In this document: piece by piece, positions 26,255 to 39,299 of the stretch | Layout of the letters: every line of letters starts with the position of its first letter | Position numbering within the stretch: position 1 is the first letter of the stretch | Origin: Gordius albopunctatus | Taxonomy: Eukaryota | DNA: 64,000 nucleotides | Direction of reading: 5' to 3' | NCBI GenBank assembly: GCA_964276515.1 | Contig: OZ193910.1 | Coordinates: 6,014,001 to 6,078,000, forward strand | Made by a program: the position numbers and the translations under genes | Notes under the pieces: generated by a model | What the model saw: only the letters and a program-made list of their open reading frames with translations | What the model was told of the DNA's origin: nothing | Database searches by the model: none

Positions 26255-27740
26255 AAATCGATTTTCGTCATAAAGAGGGAGTCCGACAGGGAAGATGCAA
26301 TAATTGGGATTGATTTAAGGGTGAAAGGATATTTAATGAAGTTCCTGGATACCTGTGATAGGTCTGCTATGAGCCTGGGGGACCCATCACTTTTTGGAAT
26401 AAAGTACATTGGTGATGGGATGGCCAAGGGATTCCTTCTTACCACGTTGCTGAGGATAACCTCGTCCACCAAAGTTTTATGTTCTCTGGGGATAGCTTTT
26501 ACGTACCGAGGCAAATGATAATGTCCATTATTTGCGGCAATCACAGCACGGGATAAACGAGGTTTAAATCCTCTTTTAGCTACATTGTAAGTAAATTTGG
26601 ACTGCATGTAGTGAGGTTTGAGGAGCGAGGTGCGAATAGATAGTGGATGTATAAAATTCGTGAATGATGATAGGGGGTGGGAGGGGAATGAGGGGATATT
26701 GGACGGTTCGCTAATGATAGGTGGGTTGTCACCATCCAGACCCACCTCCGTCCATTGGTTTAGGAGGTGCCCGGCACACTTGTACGTTCAGGTATCGGCG
26801 TGTCGGAAGGATGAATTGGTTCCTCCAACTCCGGGCCATCGTCGGGGGAGATGGAATTAATAGCGATGTTCCTAGAAATGGTAGTGTAATTGTTAAGCCA
26901 TGCCAGAACAGTACCATCCCTCACCGGCCTCGGCGGGTTAACACCACTGCCGAGGGTCGCCGATACCATCCTTACGTGTCTACGTTCGCTCCGTCCTAGA
27001 CGGAGCCGGCCCTTTTTGGTAAGAGCCTTTCTTCCTTGGAGCATTGTATTTAGGAGGCGGACGAAAAAGCTCCACTGGTTCGGTGTATTGACCCATACCC
27101 ATTTTCTCCGCCCAATCTTTCGACTTGCCGGTGACTGCTTGCCACCCGTAGTATGACGCCATAGCAATTGTGCGAACGCGGTCAGATAATTTGTCAATAG
27201 TTTTGTCATAATCGTTAATTGATTCTCCCAAGCTGAGGAGGAATTCCGCTTCGTGTTTCTGGTGAGCTGGCATGGAGTAATTTGTTTCAATTGCCTCCTT
27301 AAGCCCTTTGAGGCGCAGCTTTAGAATTTCACCACTTGAACTGGGGACATTTAAAGCTTTTGCCCTTTCTGTCGCGAGTAGAGCCTCCAGTTCTGCGCGG
27401 GTCATAGTGACCGACTCTGTGAGCTGGGCTGGTGCCCAATGTGGCCGATCATCCACATTAATCTTTCTCCACTTCCACCTAACAGTCTATTGTCGATTTT
27501 TGCATCCATTTCTGCTAGCCTGCTCAAGATTAGCTTGATTGCTGGGTACGAGCCTGTGGCGCTACCTCCAGGATTAGCGATAACCGATTCCTTGCTGGGA
27601 GAAGACATGTTGGCGGGAATGCTGAGTTGGGTGGAATATTTCGAGAAAAACTTACTTAATGGAATATCGTCCACGCTTTTAGAAGGGACTTTTCTGGGCA
27701 TAAATATTAAGGGAAAAGGGGGGTAAAAATGTGAGAGAAA
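26255..27740 (-). mobile_element. 5' half of a DIRS-like retroelement, copy B: gag-like ORFs 27701-27402 and 27456-26980, overlapping pol/RT to 26255
   Basis: Gag-like helical ORF ending RVRTIAMASYYGWQAV plus basic tail. Overlapping pol frame with a 1-bp frameshift near 26770. RT homologous to copy A up to MTKID. Confidence 0.75.
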
Positions 27741-28745
27741 CGATAAAGTGTGTAAAAAACAGGTCTTAAGATATAGTAAATTTCTTAAGAACTTTTACGG
27801 CGAAATACTTTTAACATACTATAACGTGCAAAAGAAGATAAGATTAAAGTTAATTAATTTGATACAGGCACATAGCCAAGGGGGCAGAAAGCGGGACTTT
27901 TCTACCCCCTTGACCAAAATTTGGAAATTTTTTTGAAGGTCCATGTCCTTTTTTAAGGTATAAAAGCGATAGCAAATGCTCTGATTAATGAAGAGAAGAG
28001 ATTTTTCGAAGGTCCATGTCCTTTTTTAAGGTATAAAAGCGATAGCAAATGCTCTTATCAAAATTTTTTTTTTGAATTTGGCCTCCCCCTTGAGAAAATC
28101 CTGGCTCAGGTTCTGAATATTCAAAATGAGCAGATTAATTAAAATTGCCATGGCCAAAATATGAAAAATATTTTTCACTCGTTTCATATAAAGGATCGAA
28201 TTCAATAATTACCAAATGTAAAATGTGTCCAAAAAGTATCTCTGTATCAAGGAGCTCAAGCTAAAATTTAAAAAGACATCTTATGATAATATTATTTTAT
28301 ATATAAGTATATTAGATACAAATTTTAATACCTTTTTAAAATATAAAGGATACTTGTATTTTTTGTTAAATTATAGTATCTTAAATACAAAATACATCCA
28401 ATTTTCGAGCTTCAGTGGCCTTGGAGTAAACTTCGAGAAAATGAACCTTTAAAGAATAAACTTTTAGTGTTATTGAAAAAAAGGATTGAAACCCCTAGAA
28501 TTGATAATGAAAGAGCTGTCAATTCCGAGATATCATTTTTTCAACGAGGAAGTAGAGGGAATGTGCAAAAATATGGAAAGATTATAGATTATAATAATTT
28601 AGGTTAATTAAAGTGTTTTTAAAGCGTAATGAAAAAATATTGAACTACTTAAACATTAGAAAGTTAAAATATATATCATTTACATAATTTCTAAAAATAA
28701 ACACTACCTACGACGGTCCCATGTCCGTGTGCAAAAAGTGGAGGG

Positions 28746-30341
28746 TGTTGCTGCTCAAGTCCTATATAGTAAAATAAATATAGTATTTATTAAACAAAGA
28801 AATCCAGGAGAACAAACAACTATTTTATTTCCAAATAATAGAAAGCAAAAACAAATCAATAAATACTTTTCAAATATCGCGTTTATATACACATCTGGCG
28901 AGGTTATTTGTGTGAATAATAACGTTGAATTTTCAGACATTCAAATACTTGAATGTATTCACTTTTATGATTAAGGTGTATGAATACTTGAATAATGAAG
29001 GTTAAGTTTTTTTCCTAGGTAACCGATGCGAGTTGCTTTATTCAAATTGCCTAGGTAACCATATAATTCCCCCTCCAGTTTGCAAGGAGTGCTAAAAATA
29101 TATGTATTCAGCTAATTTAACTGGCCAATGCACTTTTCGTCCTGATTTTGTTGTTGTATGATTTGTTGTAGTGTTAGTTGAGGTTGTTGTGGACGTAGAG
29201 GTGGAAGGTTTGGTTTGAATGAGCGGGCCTTTTAAGAGTGGTTCAGTATGGTTGACTAATTCAGTATAAGCTGGTTTTAACCGATCGATAGAAATGTTAT
29301 CATGTTTCCCGTTTCTGTCTACTACAAAGTATTTAGTTTGTCTATCAATAACTTTGAAAGGGCCTTCATATGGTGGGGATGGGCTTTTTCGAAATTTATC
29401 AGTTCTGATAAAAATGTAAGGTGTAGAAAACAAATCGGTAGGGATATGTTGTTTAGTGTTAGGCTGACGTGGTGGTGTAAAACGTACGTTGTCGAAATGT
29501 TGTCTAAGGCGTTGTACAAACTCGCTAGCATTGCTGTCGAGTGACGAATGTTGTATGAAGTCGCCCGGAAGACGTGAGGTAGTCCCATATACTAGTTCAG
29601 CACTAGAACAGGCTAGATCTTCTTTGATTGTCGTTCTAATGCCTAGTAATATCAACGGAAGTGATTCGGACCATTTGTTAGTGTTGTTTTTTGCCATGAT
29701 CGAACTCTTTAATTGACGGTGGAAACGTTCGACCAGCCCATTGGCTTGTGGGTGATAGGCAGTTGTAGTTATGTGATGATAACCAAGAAGTTGGGAAAAT
29801 TGTCGGAATAGCGTTGAACGAAACTGCGATCCTCTGTCGGTAGTTATCGTGCTTGGGACGCCGAAGTCTAGAAAAATCCTCATGATACAGAACCACCTCT
29901 CAACACCATTCTCGATGAAACACTCCCCGAACGGTTTCACAGCTGGCGATGCCTCGACATCCCACATTGGCCTCTTTTTTAGAGGTTCCATTCTTTCGAT
30001 TGCCAAAGGGGATGCACTAGCCATCTTTGACTGTCACAACCTTATCCCAACAATCAACCTTCTCGAACTCATAGCCATCCCTTTGGCCTACAAACAACTA
30101 TTTTATTTCCAAATAATAGAAAGCAAAAACAAATGAATAAATACTTTTCAAATATCGCGTTTATATACACATCTGGCGAGGTTATTTGTGTGAATAATAA
30201 CGTTGAATTGTCAGACATTCAAATACTTGAATGTATTCACTTTTATGATTAAGGTGTATGAATACTTGAATAATAAAGGTTAAGTTTTTTTCCTAGGTAA
30301 CCGATGCGAGTTGCTTTATTCAAATTGCCTAGGTAACTATA
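28746..30341 (-). mobile_element. Internally deleted Ty3/gypsy LTR element (LTR 28746-29063, integrase 29092-29867, partial LTR ~30090-30341)
   Basis: Near-identical direct repeats; AGGG TSD in the RTE 5' UTR; PPT (minus strand) at 29066-29078; integrase TDRGSQF, YHPQANGLVERFH, GPF. Confidence 0.92.
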
Positions 30342-32229
30342 AGGGTTGGCGTCAGGTCGTAAAACAACTAAAAAATCAACTCCAAAACTATGATAGTTTC
30401 AAACAGGATTTTACTAGAAAAGGCTAGGGCGTCCTCCACAAACAACGCGCACTGCATACCCCGCCCGTGCAATGTGAAAAATACACTAGGGTACTGCCCA
30501 ACTCACAACGAAGGCGGTTAAGGAAACTAGTTGTGGAAAGAATGCGAATTACGTGCTGGAATGTGGGAACGTTGACAGGGAAGAGCATCGAGGTCGCACA
30601 GATGCTAAAAAGAAGAAAGGTACACATCGTCTGTCTACAAGAGACGAGGTGGAACGGAACGAAAGCTCGGGAATTAGGAGAAGTATACAAGCTTTTCTAC
30701 AGTGGTTCATCAAATCGTAGAAACGGGGTCGGTATCGTTCTAAGTCAATCGTTCAAGGACAAGGTGGTGGAAGTAAAGCGTTCTTCCGATAGGCTAATGT
30801 GGGTGAAGATTGCAGATCAAGGGGGCCTCCTAACCGTTATGTGCGAGTATGCCGCCCAAATTGGATGTTTGGAATCAGAGAAAGACATATTCTTCGATTC
30901 ATTGGAAAAGGAAATACAAGGAATAGGACAGGAAGAAAGGCTAATTATTTGGGCAGATTTAAACGCTCACGTTGGGAAAGATCGCCTCGGGTATGAACGC
31001 AATCATGGAGGCTATGGGCATGGTCTGAAGAACAAAGAAGGGGAAAAACTTCTCCAAGTATCCCAATCATATGACATGGCGATCGTTAACACCTATTTTC
31101 AAAAGCGCGAAGATCATATTGTGACCTATAGAAGTGGGAAGCATTTTAGTCAAATCGAATATTTGCTTATACGGCGAAAGGACTTATGGAGTATCAAGGA
31201 TTGCAAAGTGATACCGGGAGAAGAAATCGCCAGGCAACATCGTCCCCTTGTTATGGATCTTGACAGAAGAGTATTTCCCGAAAGAAGAAAGTTCTATGAA
31301 CCTCGAATTCGATACGAAAGGCTAAAGGATACGTCGACGAACAAAGAATACCATCAAAAAGCCTGCTCACTCTTGGGTACAAATAAGTTGCAAAGGGACC
31401 TAGACGACGATTTGGAGACTCTATCTAAGGACATTAAGGAAACAGCGATTCGTGTTCTAGGACAGACCAAAGGAGGCAAAGCTATGAATAGGGAACTATG
31501 GTGGTGGGATCAATCGGTTAAAGATTTCATCGAAAAAAAGAAAAATCTATATAGACGGTGGCATAAATCAAAAAAGTCGGAGGATTATCAAGAGTACAGG
31601 TACGCAAAGAGGGCCGCAAAAAAGGCCGTTGCAAAAGCGAAGAATGTCGCGTACACCGACATGGCAAACAAACTGGATCATAAAGGGGGCGATAGGCTTA
31701 TGTACAAATTGGCCAAGATAAGGGAGAAGAAAAGTCGCGATGTCGGAGTTATTAAAATAGTCAAAAGTGAGAAGGGTCAAACCTTATTCAAGCCGAAAGA
31801 AGTGATGGAAAGATGGAAAGGATATTTTAAGAAACTTATGAATATTTCAAACGACAAGGATTCCCTTCCCAAAATTGAGCCAAATATAAGTATGGTCGAA
31901 CTCTTTCAGGAGGATGAAGTTAGAACACAAATGAACAAGATGCAAAAAGGAAAAGCAAATGGTCCAGATGGAATACCTATGGAAGCATTGCTCGGATGTC
32001 GTGAAGAAGGAGTCACCATCATGAATAACCTCCTTAACAAGATATTAGTAGAAGAGCGAATCCCTAATCAATGGAGAGCAAGCACGATTATACCATTATT
32101 TAAAGGCAGAGGAGACCCTCAGGACTGAGGCAATTACAGAGGTATCAAGCTAACTTGCCACACCTTGAAGCTTTTGGAAAGGATCTTAGTAACAAGGCTG
32201 AAAAGCGAGGTGGAAATATCGGCTAATCA

Positions 32230-35209
32230 TTTAAGAAGATTTTTACCCTCATAATTAATGTTCTTCATAGATATGTTTTCGGGAATTGTCGAGGGTGTTA
32301 AAAAATTATTGTAGTAAATATAATATTTCGTCCTCATAGAGGACATCGTCAGATAAGTAAAATAGATTTAAATAAAATAGATTTAAATAAAATGAAATAT
32401 AAACTAAATGGAATGTTCTTTTGGTAGTGATAAATTAGTGTGTATCCAAGGGTAGAGGGGTACTCTTCCCATATCTTCATTTAAAGTGGTGTTAAGTCTT
32501 CTAATAAAGAAGCACTCTAACGTCTTCCTTTCAAAATATGATTTTGTAAAAAGTAGAATTGATTGTTTAAGTTTTGACGTATGATTTTTCTTTAAAATGT
32601 AGTTAGATACTCCTGTAGGTACGCCTTTGGGGCGAAATAAAGCTGCCAAGTGTTCTTTAAGCCTAACTCTTAAGTCTCTTTTTGTTTCCCCAATGTAAAA
32701 CTGGTTGCAATCACTACAAGTAATTTTATAGATAACGTTATTTGTCTGTAAATCAGATTCATAGTTATTTTGTAATATTGTTAAGAGTGATTCATTAGGT
32801 TTTTGTGTGATGATGATTTTATTAATTTTATTCCTTTTTAAAATTTTTTAAATGCTTTTTAAAAATGTAAATGGTAACGATGGGTGATGCGGAAAATGTA
32901 TAAATGTTTTATCATTAATATTTTTTTGCTTATTTTCAGTTAAAAAACATTTTTTTAGAATATTATTGAAAAGTTGATTTGGATATCCAAGAGAACATAA
33001 TGTTTCATATAAATAAACCATTTCTTTAATATATGCGGATTGTGAAGACGATAAATGAATTGCTTGATTAATAAGCCAGCTTAAATTATTGACTTTAAAA
33101 GTGAAAGGAGTAAAACTATTAAAAGGAATATAGTTTAAACGTGATTCCGTAGGTTTGTGATAAACCTGAGTATGAAAAATATTTTGATTTCTGGTAATTA
33201 AAACGTCCAGAAAAGGCAAACATTGATTCGTTTCAATTTCAAATGTAAATTTTATGTTAATATGAAATGAATTTAATAGATTTAAAAAGTTATTTAAATC
33301 ATTATCTAAGTTTTGATTCCAGAGTGCAAATATATCGTCAACATATCTACACCAAAAAGGTGGAAAGGAGGGAAGTTTTGATAATTCATTTTCTAAATGT
33401 GATAAAAATATATTAGCGAGTACAGGGGCAATAGGCATCCCCATAGCACAACCATCAATTTGGTCATAATTTATATGATTGTATTTAAAATTATTTTTTT
33501 GTGTGCAAAATAATAATAATTCTTTAAAAATATTTTCCGGAAATAGTAAACTATCATTTTCTTTTAATTTATTTACACAAATATCAATTGTTTCCACTAT
33601 GGGAATCTGAGTAAATAAATTTTTTACATCAAAGCTGATCATATGAATGTTCGAAGATGTTTGTGCCTTAAGACGTATTATAAAATCAAGTGAGTTTTTT
33701 ATTGAATATTTGTTTTTGGAAATCGGTGATAAAAATTTGATTAAAAATTTTGAAAGATTATAATTGTAGGCGTTATATGTTGACATGATTGGACGAAGAG
33801 GAATGTTAGGCTTATGTATTTTTGGGATACCATATAATTGAGGTGTTCTAGGGTTTGAGGATCTAACATAATTGTAATCTTCCTTTGATAAAAGATTTTT
33901 GCGAAATAGATTGATTAAAATTTTATTAAGTGCCTTTTCTCGGGCCTGGGTTGGGTCCTTATTTAATGTGATAAAATGCTTTTTATCATTAAGTATTTCA
34001 TACATTTTAGCCATGTAATCCTTCATGTCCATCAGAACGATTTGTCCTTCCTTATCTGCCCTAGTAATTTTTAAATCTTTATTCATTTTAACTTTTTTTA
34101 TTGCATCCTTAAATATATTATCTTTAGGTTGAGGTTTTTGTATTTTAATATTATTGAGTTTGTATCCTATCTGTGTATTCAAATGTTCTAGAATTCTATT
34201 ATTTTCAGGGTTTTCTCGTTTAACTGTTTCTAATAATTTCTCGACGTTGTTTATTGTTTGTATTAGAGGGAAAGTTTTTATTTTTCTAAAACTGAATTTG
34301 GGTCCTAGGTTAAGGAGGTTAATTGTTTCATGGTCTAATGATATGCTTGATAGGTTAATAAATTTATTTTGATTATGAGCTGGGATGACCTTTTTATCAG
34401 TAAAATTTACTTTAGAATTGATTTCATTATCATCATTGGTAGTTTCATTAGAAATTTCAGGGAATTTATTAACATTTAAAAAGGAAGAATCCATGGAAAA
34501 ATATTTATTAATAAATTTATTTTTTGGTTTGTTAAAAATTGTTCGTTTAAGAAAGAGATCCTTTAGTTTTTTCTTTAATTTTTGAGTTTCAAAATACATT
34601 AGGTTGAACGCCAAAATATTTATAGTTGTGTTTATAAAGTTATATAATTTGCAATGGCATGTATTTAATAGTTGATATCTTAGTGCTAGAATATCATTAA
34701 GATGCTTTTTATTTTGATTCTTATGATATGTTATTTCTGATAAAATAAATTTAATTTTAAACTTATGAATAAGTTTTTCGTTAAATTCATGTTCATTAAG
34801 TTTGATATGGTTAATAAAATTTGGAATAAGTTTGTTACCTAGACAGGTTGTTAAGAATACTATCTTATTTATGGTCCGATTGAATTTGGTTTGGAGGTTA
34901 AATAATCGATAAATAAGTTTAATTAAATTCTTCCCGTAAGAATCTGTTAAATATTTAAGAAGATTTTTACCCTCATAATTAATGTTCTTCATAGATATGT
35001 TTTCGGGAATTGTCGAGGGTGTTAAAAAATTATTGTAGTAAATATAATATTTCGTCCTCATAGAGGACATCGTCAGATAAGTAAAATAGATTTAAATAAA
35101 ATAGATTTAAATAAAATGAAATATAAACTAAATGGAATGTTCTTTTGGTAGTGATAAATTAGTGTGTATCCAAGGGTAGAGGGGTACTCTTCCCATATCT
35201 TCATTTAAA
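32230..35209 (-). mobile_element. Penelope-like element (RT + GIY-YIG), ORF 35070-32404 with one premature stop
   Basis: RT motifs YGIPKIHK, SFDVKNLFT, GCAMG, RYVDD; GIY-YIG NVIYKITC..C..FYIGET..RLKEH; about 260-bp direct pseudo-LTRs 32230-32489 and 34954-35213; splits the RTE RT. Confidence 0.95.
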
Positions 35210-37293
35210 GTGGGGTTTTCGTGGCCGGCAAATACACAATCGACCCAATCTTCGCCCTGAGACAAATGATGGATAAGTATGGTGAAAAGAGGAAAGACCT
35301 ACATATGGTTTTTAATGACTTGGAGAAAGCTTATGACACGGTCCCCCGCGACTTAATATGGTGGTGCCTGAGGAAACAAAATATCCCTGACGCATATATA
35401 CGGCTTATGAAAAATATTTATGAAGCTTCAAACTCTTGCGTTAGGACGACAGTTGGAGGCTCTAAACCTTTTCGGGTTAATATTGACATCAAGGCTCTGC
35501 TTTAAGTCCCTTTTTATTTAATATAATTACAGACACGATAACGAGGGACGTTCAAAAGCCTTCGCCATGGTGTATGCTATATGCCGATGATATAGTACTA
35601 TGCGAGGAAACAAGAAAGTATTCGAAGAAGCCGAAAAATGGTCAAAGCGCTTAGCTGGATATGGTTTAAAGGTCAACGATAGAAAAACGGTATACATGGA
35701 AATGAACGGTACAGGCACCCCATCGCTGGATGACCATCTAAAGTACCCAAAAGCAGACAGGTTCACATACCTCGGCTCGATGCTACATCAAGAGGGAGGT
35801 TGCACAACAGAAGTCAATGCCCGGATCCAAAAAGGATGGCTTAAATGGCGAAGTATATCCGGTGTTTTGTGTGACAAGAAAATGCCAATATGGTTGAAGA
35901 GCAAAGCTTACAAATTCATCGTAAGACCGGTGTTACTCTATGAAAGTGAAACATGGGCTTTAAACACCACGGAATTAAAGCTATTACAAGCCACAGAGAT
36001 GAGAATGATACGGTGGAGCTTGGGGTATACTAAGCTCGACCATATGAAGAATGACTTTTCCATGACAAAAATGGGTATTCAATCTATGGCGGACATGATT
36101 AACGAAAATCGGCTAAGGTGGTATGGTCATATACTAAGGAGGGATACGGATGACGTAAATAGAAAAGTACTGGACATGAAGGTACCGGGGAAGAGAGGAA
36201 GAGGACGACCCCGTGTCACGTGGAAAGGGCAAGTCGATGAAGTTATGGAAACTAAAGAGATTAGTCAAGACATGGCACTCACCCGGTCAAGATGGAAGAA
36301 ACTTATCAAAACAAACTCCAACAATGTAGGACCAAATAACGGATAAAGATGAGAAGACATAATTTCTAAAAATAAGAATACTGTGATGATTTAATGTTAA
36401 AACAATTTAGTGCTATCTGTATTTTATTAGATAATCCTTTATTAGCATTGACTTTTATTTATTTATTAATTAATAAAAGGGTAAATGTAAATTCACTTTT
36501 TCTAAGACATAGCAGATTGCCAAATTCAAAACTGTGGATTTATTCGTACAGATTTTATTATACAAAGAATATGGCATGAGCATTATATGTAATTATGTTT
36601 GAATTATATATGAGCTAGATGTGGGATTAAATCTCCTGAGTATATTTATTTCAAATAATTGCGGATGTTGGATTTAGGAGCCGGATCCGTTTTGTTAACT
36701 TTACTTTTAGATTTCCCTCCAGTTTTCTCTATAGGCGTTGGGACTTTTCCTTTTTTGTTTTTAACGGAAGTTTTTTGGTCGTGTTTTCTCTTTTCTCCCC
36801 TTTTAGAATGTGCACGATGTGATAAGTGGACCTTGATTTACAATTTTATTTATCATGGCTATTTATTGTATTAAAAAATATAAGACATTCATTTATATTA
36901 AATTGTAAAATAATTTATCATAAAATTTTGAACGAACGTGAACGCGTTCGATTTTTGTCAATGAACGTTAAACGCGTCCGATTTTTTACAAATGTTTACA
37001 GCACTAAGAAAAACTGATCTTCATTTAGCAATATAAATTAGATAGCAACAATTACATCTATTTTTACGTAGGCCTTTGAATTTATATGTATTTAGGTAGA
37101 GGGATTTTTTGAACACGGAAGAAATACTTACATTTTTCCAATTAAATGAAGGGTTATTGAGCAATGTTCAAGTTAATTCGTTCATTGACGTCCTAGCATT
37201 ACCCTTATTAAAAGGAAGAGGGGCTATTATTCTTCAAAAATAATTGGTTAAACTTACAAAAAATCATCACTTTGGTCCTTACCTAACTCAAAT

Positions 37294-38227
37294 CAGAGAT
37301 CAGAAAAACCCGGCCCGCACGCGGATAAGATTCAGGCACAATTAAATTAAAAACTTAGTATACTATTTTATTAGATGTTAAAATAACATAATTTTACCAC
37401 CCCTTCCCCAGTTTTATAAACTTTGCGGACCTTATTTCTTTCAGTTTCCTAGGTACCTACGTTTATGTAAAGTATTGAAATATTTATATTTATGTAGCCC
37501 TTTTATTGTTTGCAATACACATGTGCAGTCTAGACTTAAAACAAAGGGGTCATGCCATTTTTACACAATGTATGCACATATAAGATATAATTTTAATTCA
37601 TTTAATTTTTTTTTAACAAATAAAACTTGGTTTAAAAAAGCTTCCCCATTTTGCAATTTGCCTTTATTATTCTCTAATTTAAGTTATTACTTATTTTTAT
37701 ATTAATTTCCAATTCATTCTTTTTTGCCTCATTTTGCAATTCGCCCTTTTTTATTCCCCTGTCTACGCTATTGCTTATTTTTATATTACAAAAATAATTC
37801 TCATATTATTCTTTTTTTGTTTCAAATAAAAATTACCTCCATAATATTCTATATCAAGAAGGTAATTTATTGATTAAATATAGTTTTTTTATCAAAAAAG
37901 TATCACTAATTTGAATAATTTATTTACCTAAATGCATTAGCAATTAATCTACAAAAATTTTGTGACCTATTATTCAGGCCGGGCATGGCCGAGGGGACAC
38001 TTAGAAAGGTGCAGGGGGAAATTTAGTTAAAAATTTGGACCGGGCAGAAAAATTAAAAAAAAATTGACCTCTATTTGGGATCGCATACATTTCGGCCTAA
38101 CGGGCAAATTTAATATTTCGGGCTGGGCAATTCGGGCAGCTTTGACAATTCAGGCATACCCAGATGGACATTTAGAAAGGTTCAAAATTGAATCGGGCAG
38201 AATATTCCAAACAAAATCAGACCTCTG
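37294..38227. mobile_element. Non-autonomous hAT element
   Basis: TIR CAGAGATCAGA / TCAGACCTCTG; 8-bp TSD ACTCAAAT; CGGGC subterminal repeats; related to 53857-55283. Confidence 0.88.
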
Positions 38228-38359
38228 ACTCAAATCAAGGTTATTAACCAACTCCTTTTCCAATAGCTGTTCAGGGTGCTCAACTTCTTTAGATATTAGG
38301 ACGAGGGATGACGCGCGGAATTCCAGGCGTGATATATTTACCATTTTTTGAAAGAAAGT

Positions 38360-38424
38360 GCCGAAGTCAGGATATGAACCCGCGAGCATAATTTCAAGAC
38401 AAAACCCATACCACTACACCCCCT
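38360..38424 (-). pseudogene. tRNA-like relic (tRNA pseudogene or SINE head)
   Basis: Minus strand has A-box-like GGTGTAGTGGTA and B-box-like GGTTCATATCC; cloverleaf imperfect. Confidence 0.35.
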
Positions 38425-38864
38425 AGTCCCATAAGCTTGAGATAGTTATGACACAAAATTTGTTCATTAAACCAATTTTCGAAAAATATTTATTAGATAA
38501 TGCAGATAATGACAATTATCACCTCTGTGACCGCAAAACTTCTCAAAAATATTTTTTTATAATACAACTTATTTTAGTCATATAATAAGCCAACTTTCAA
38601 AGAATATTGGCGGAAAAAGGGTAGAAAAATTTTCAACCGATTTTTATATAATTTTTCCAAAAAAATGTTCTTACACACAATGCTTATTATAGGAAAAAAT
38701 ATTATGGCAATACAGCTAATAGATTTTTTATAGAAAGGTTTCAAAAAAAGATAACTCGTATAACTTCGAAAAATGACAGGGGTTAAGGTGACCTTCAAAA
38801 TGGGCTAAGGTGTCCTCTATAATTTAAAGTTGAAATGGTATAAATAACTTAAGTGATGTGCTTA

Positions 38865-39160
38865 AATATTAAAAGTTTGTCTTTTGTAATATCAAATATC
38901 ATATAATAATTTATAATTGCTAAAATAGTAAAAGTTTATCTTTCTTAACATATATAGTTTCATACAATAATTTATAATTGCTATAATATTATAAGTTTGT
39001 TTTTAAAGCTATAAAGTTTCATATAATAATTTATAATATTGCTAGATATTAAAAGTTTGTCTTTTATAGCTTATAAAGTTTCATATAATAATTTATAATA
39101 TTGTTAAATATTAAGTTTGTCTTTTATAGCTTATAAAGCTTAATAAACAAATTTATAAGG
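38865..39160. repeat. Degenerate AT-rich tandem repeat, about 60-bp unit, about 5 copies
   Basis: Recurring CATATAATAATTTATAAT...AAAAGTTTGTCTTT. Confidence 0.7.
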
Positions 39161-39299
39161 TAAATGTGTTTTTACAGAGATTCCTATGTTGAAATCATTG
39201 ATTTAAATGCTTTATTAATATAAAAGTGTCACATAAACTTGACAATCATGAAATGGAATTAAAGTTTAAATTAATTGCATATGAATATAATATCATGTT

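Larger units (their letters stand above)
28701..36356 (+). mobile_element. RTE-clade non-LTR retrotransposon (APE endonuclease + RT), near full length, with two nested insertions
   Basis: 19-bp TSD ACATAATTTCTAAAAATAA (28682-28700 / 36357-36375). APE motifs WNVGTL, LQETRW, DLNAH (30467-32128). RT motifs DLEKAYD, HQGSALSP, YADD (frameshifted), RLRWYGH..RGRP. GAA-type tail. Confidence 0.95.

Noticed and set aside
25760..26518. 252-aa ORF as a single gene
   Set aside because: Chimeric: antisense RT, then RNase H, then antisense RT.
29092..30024. 310-aa ORF as a real fusion protein
   Set aside because: Its N-terminus is the antisense reading of the RNase H fragment from a non-ATG start; only the integrase part is genuine.
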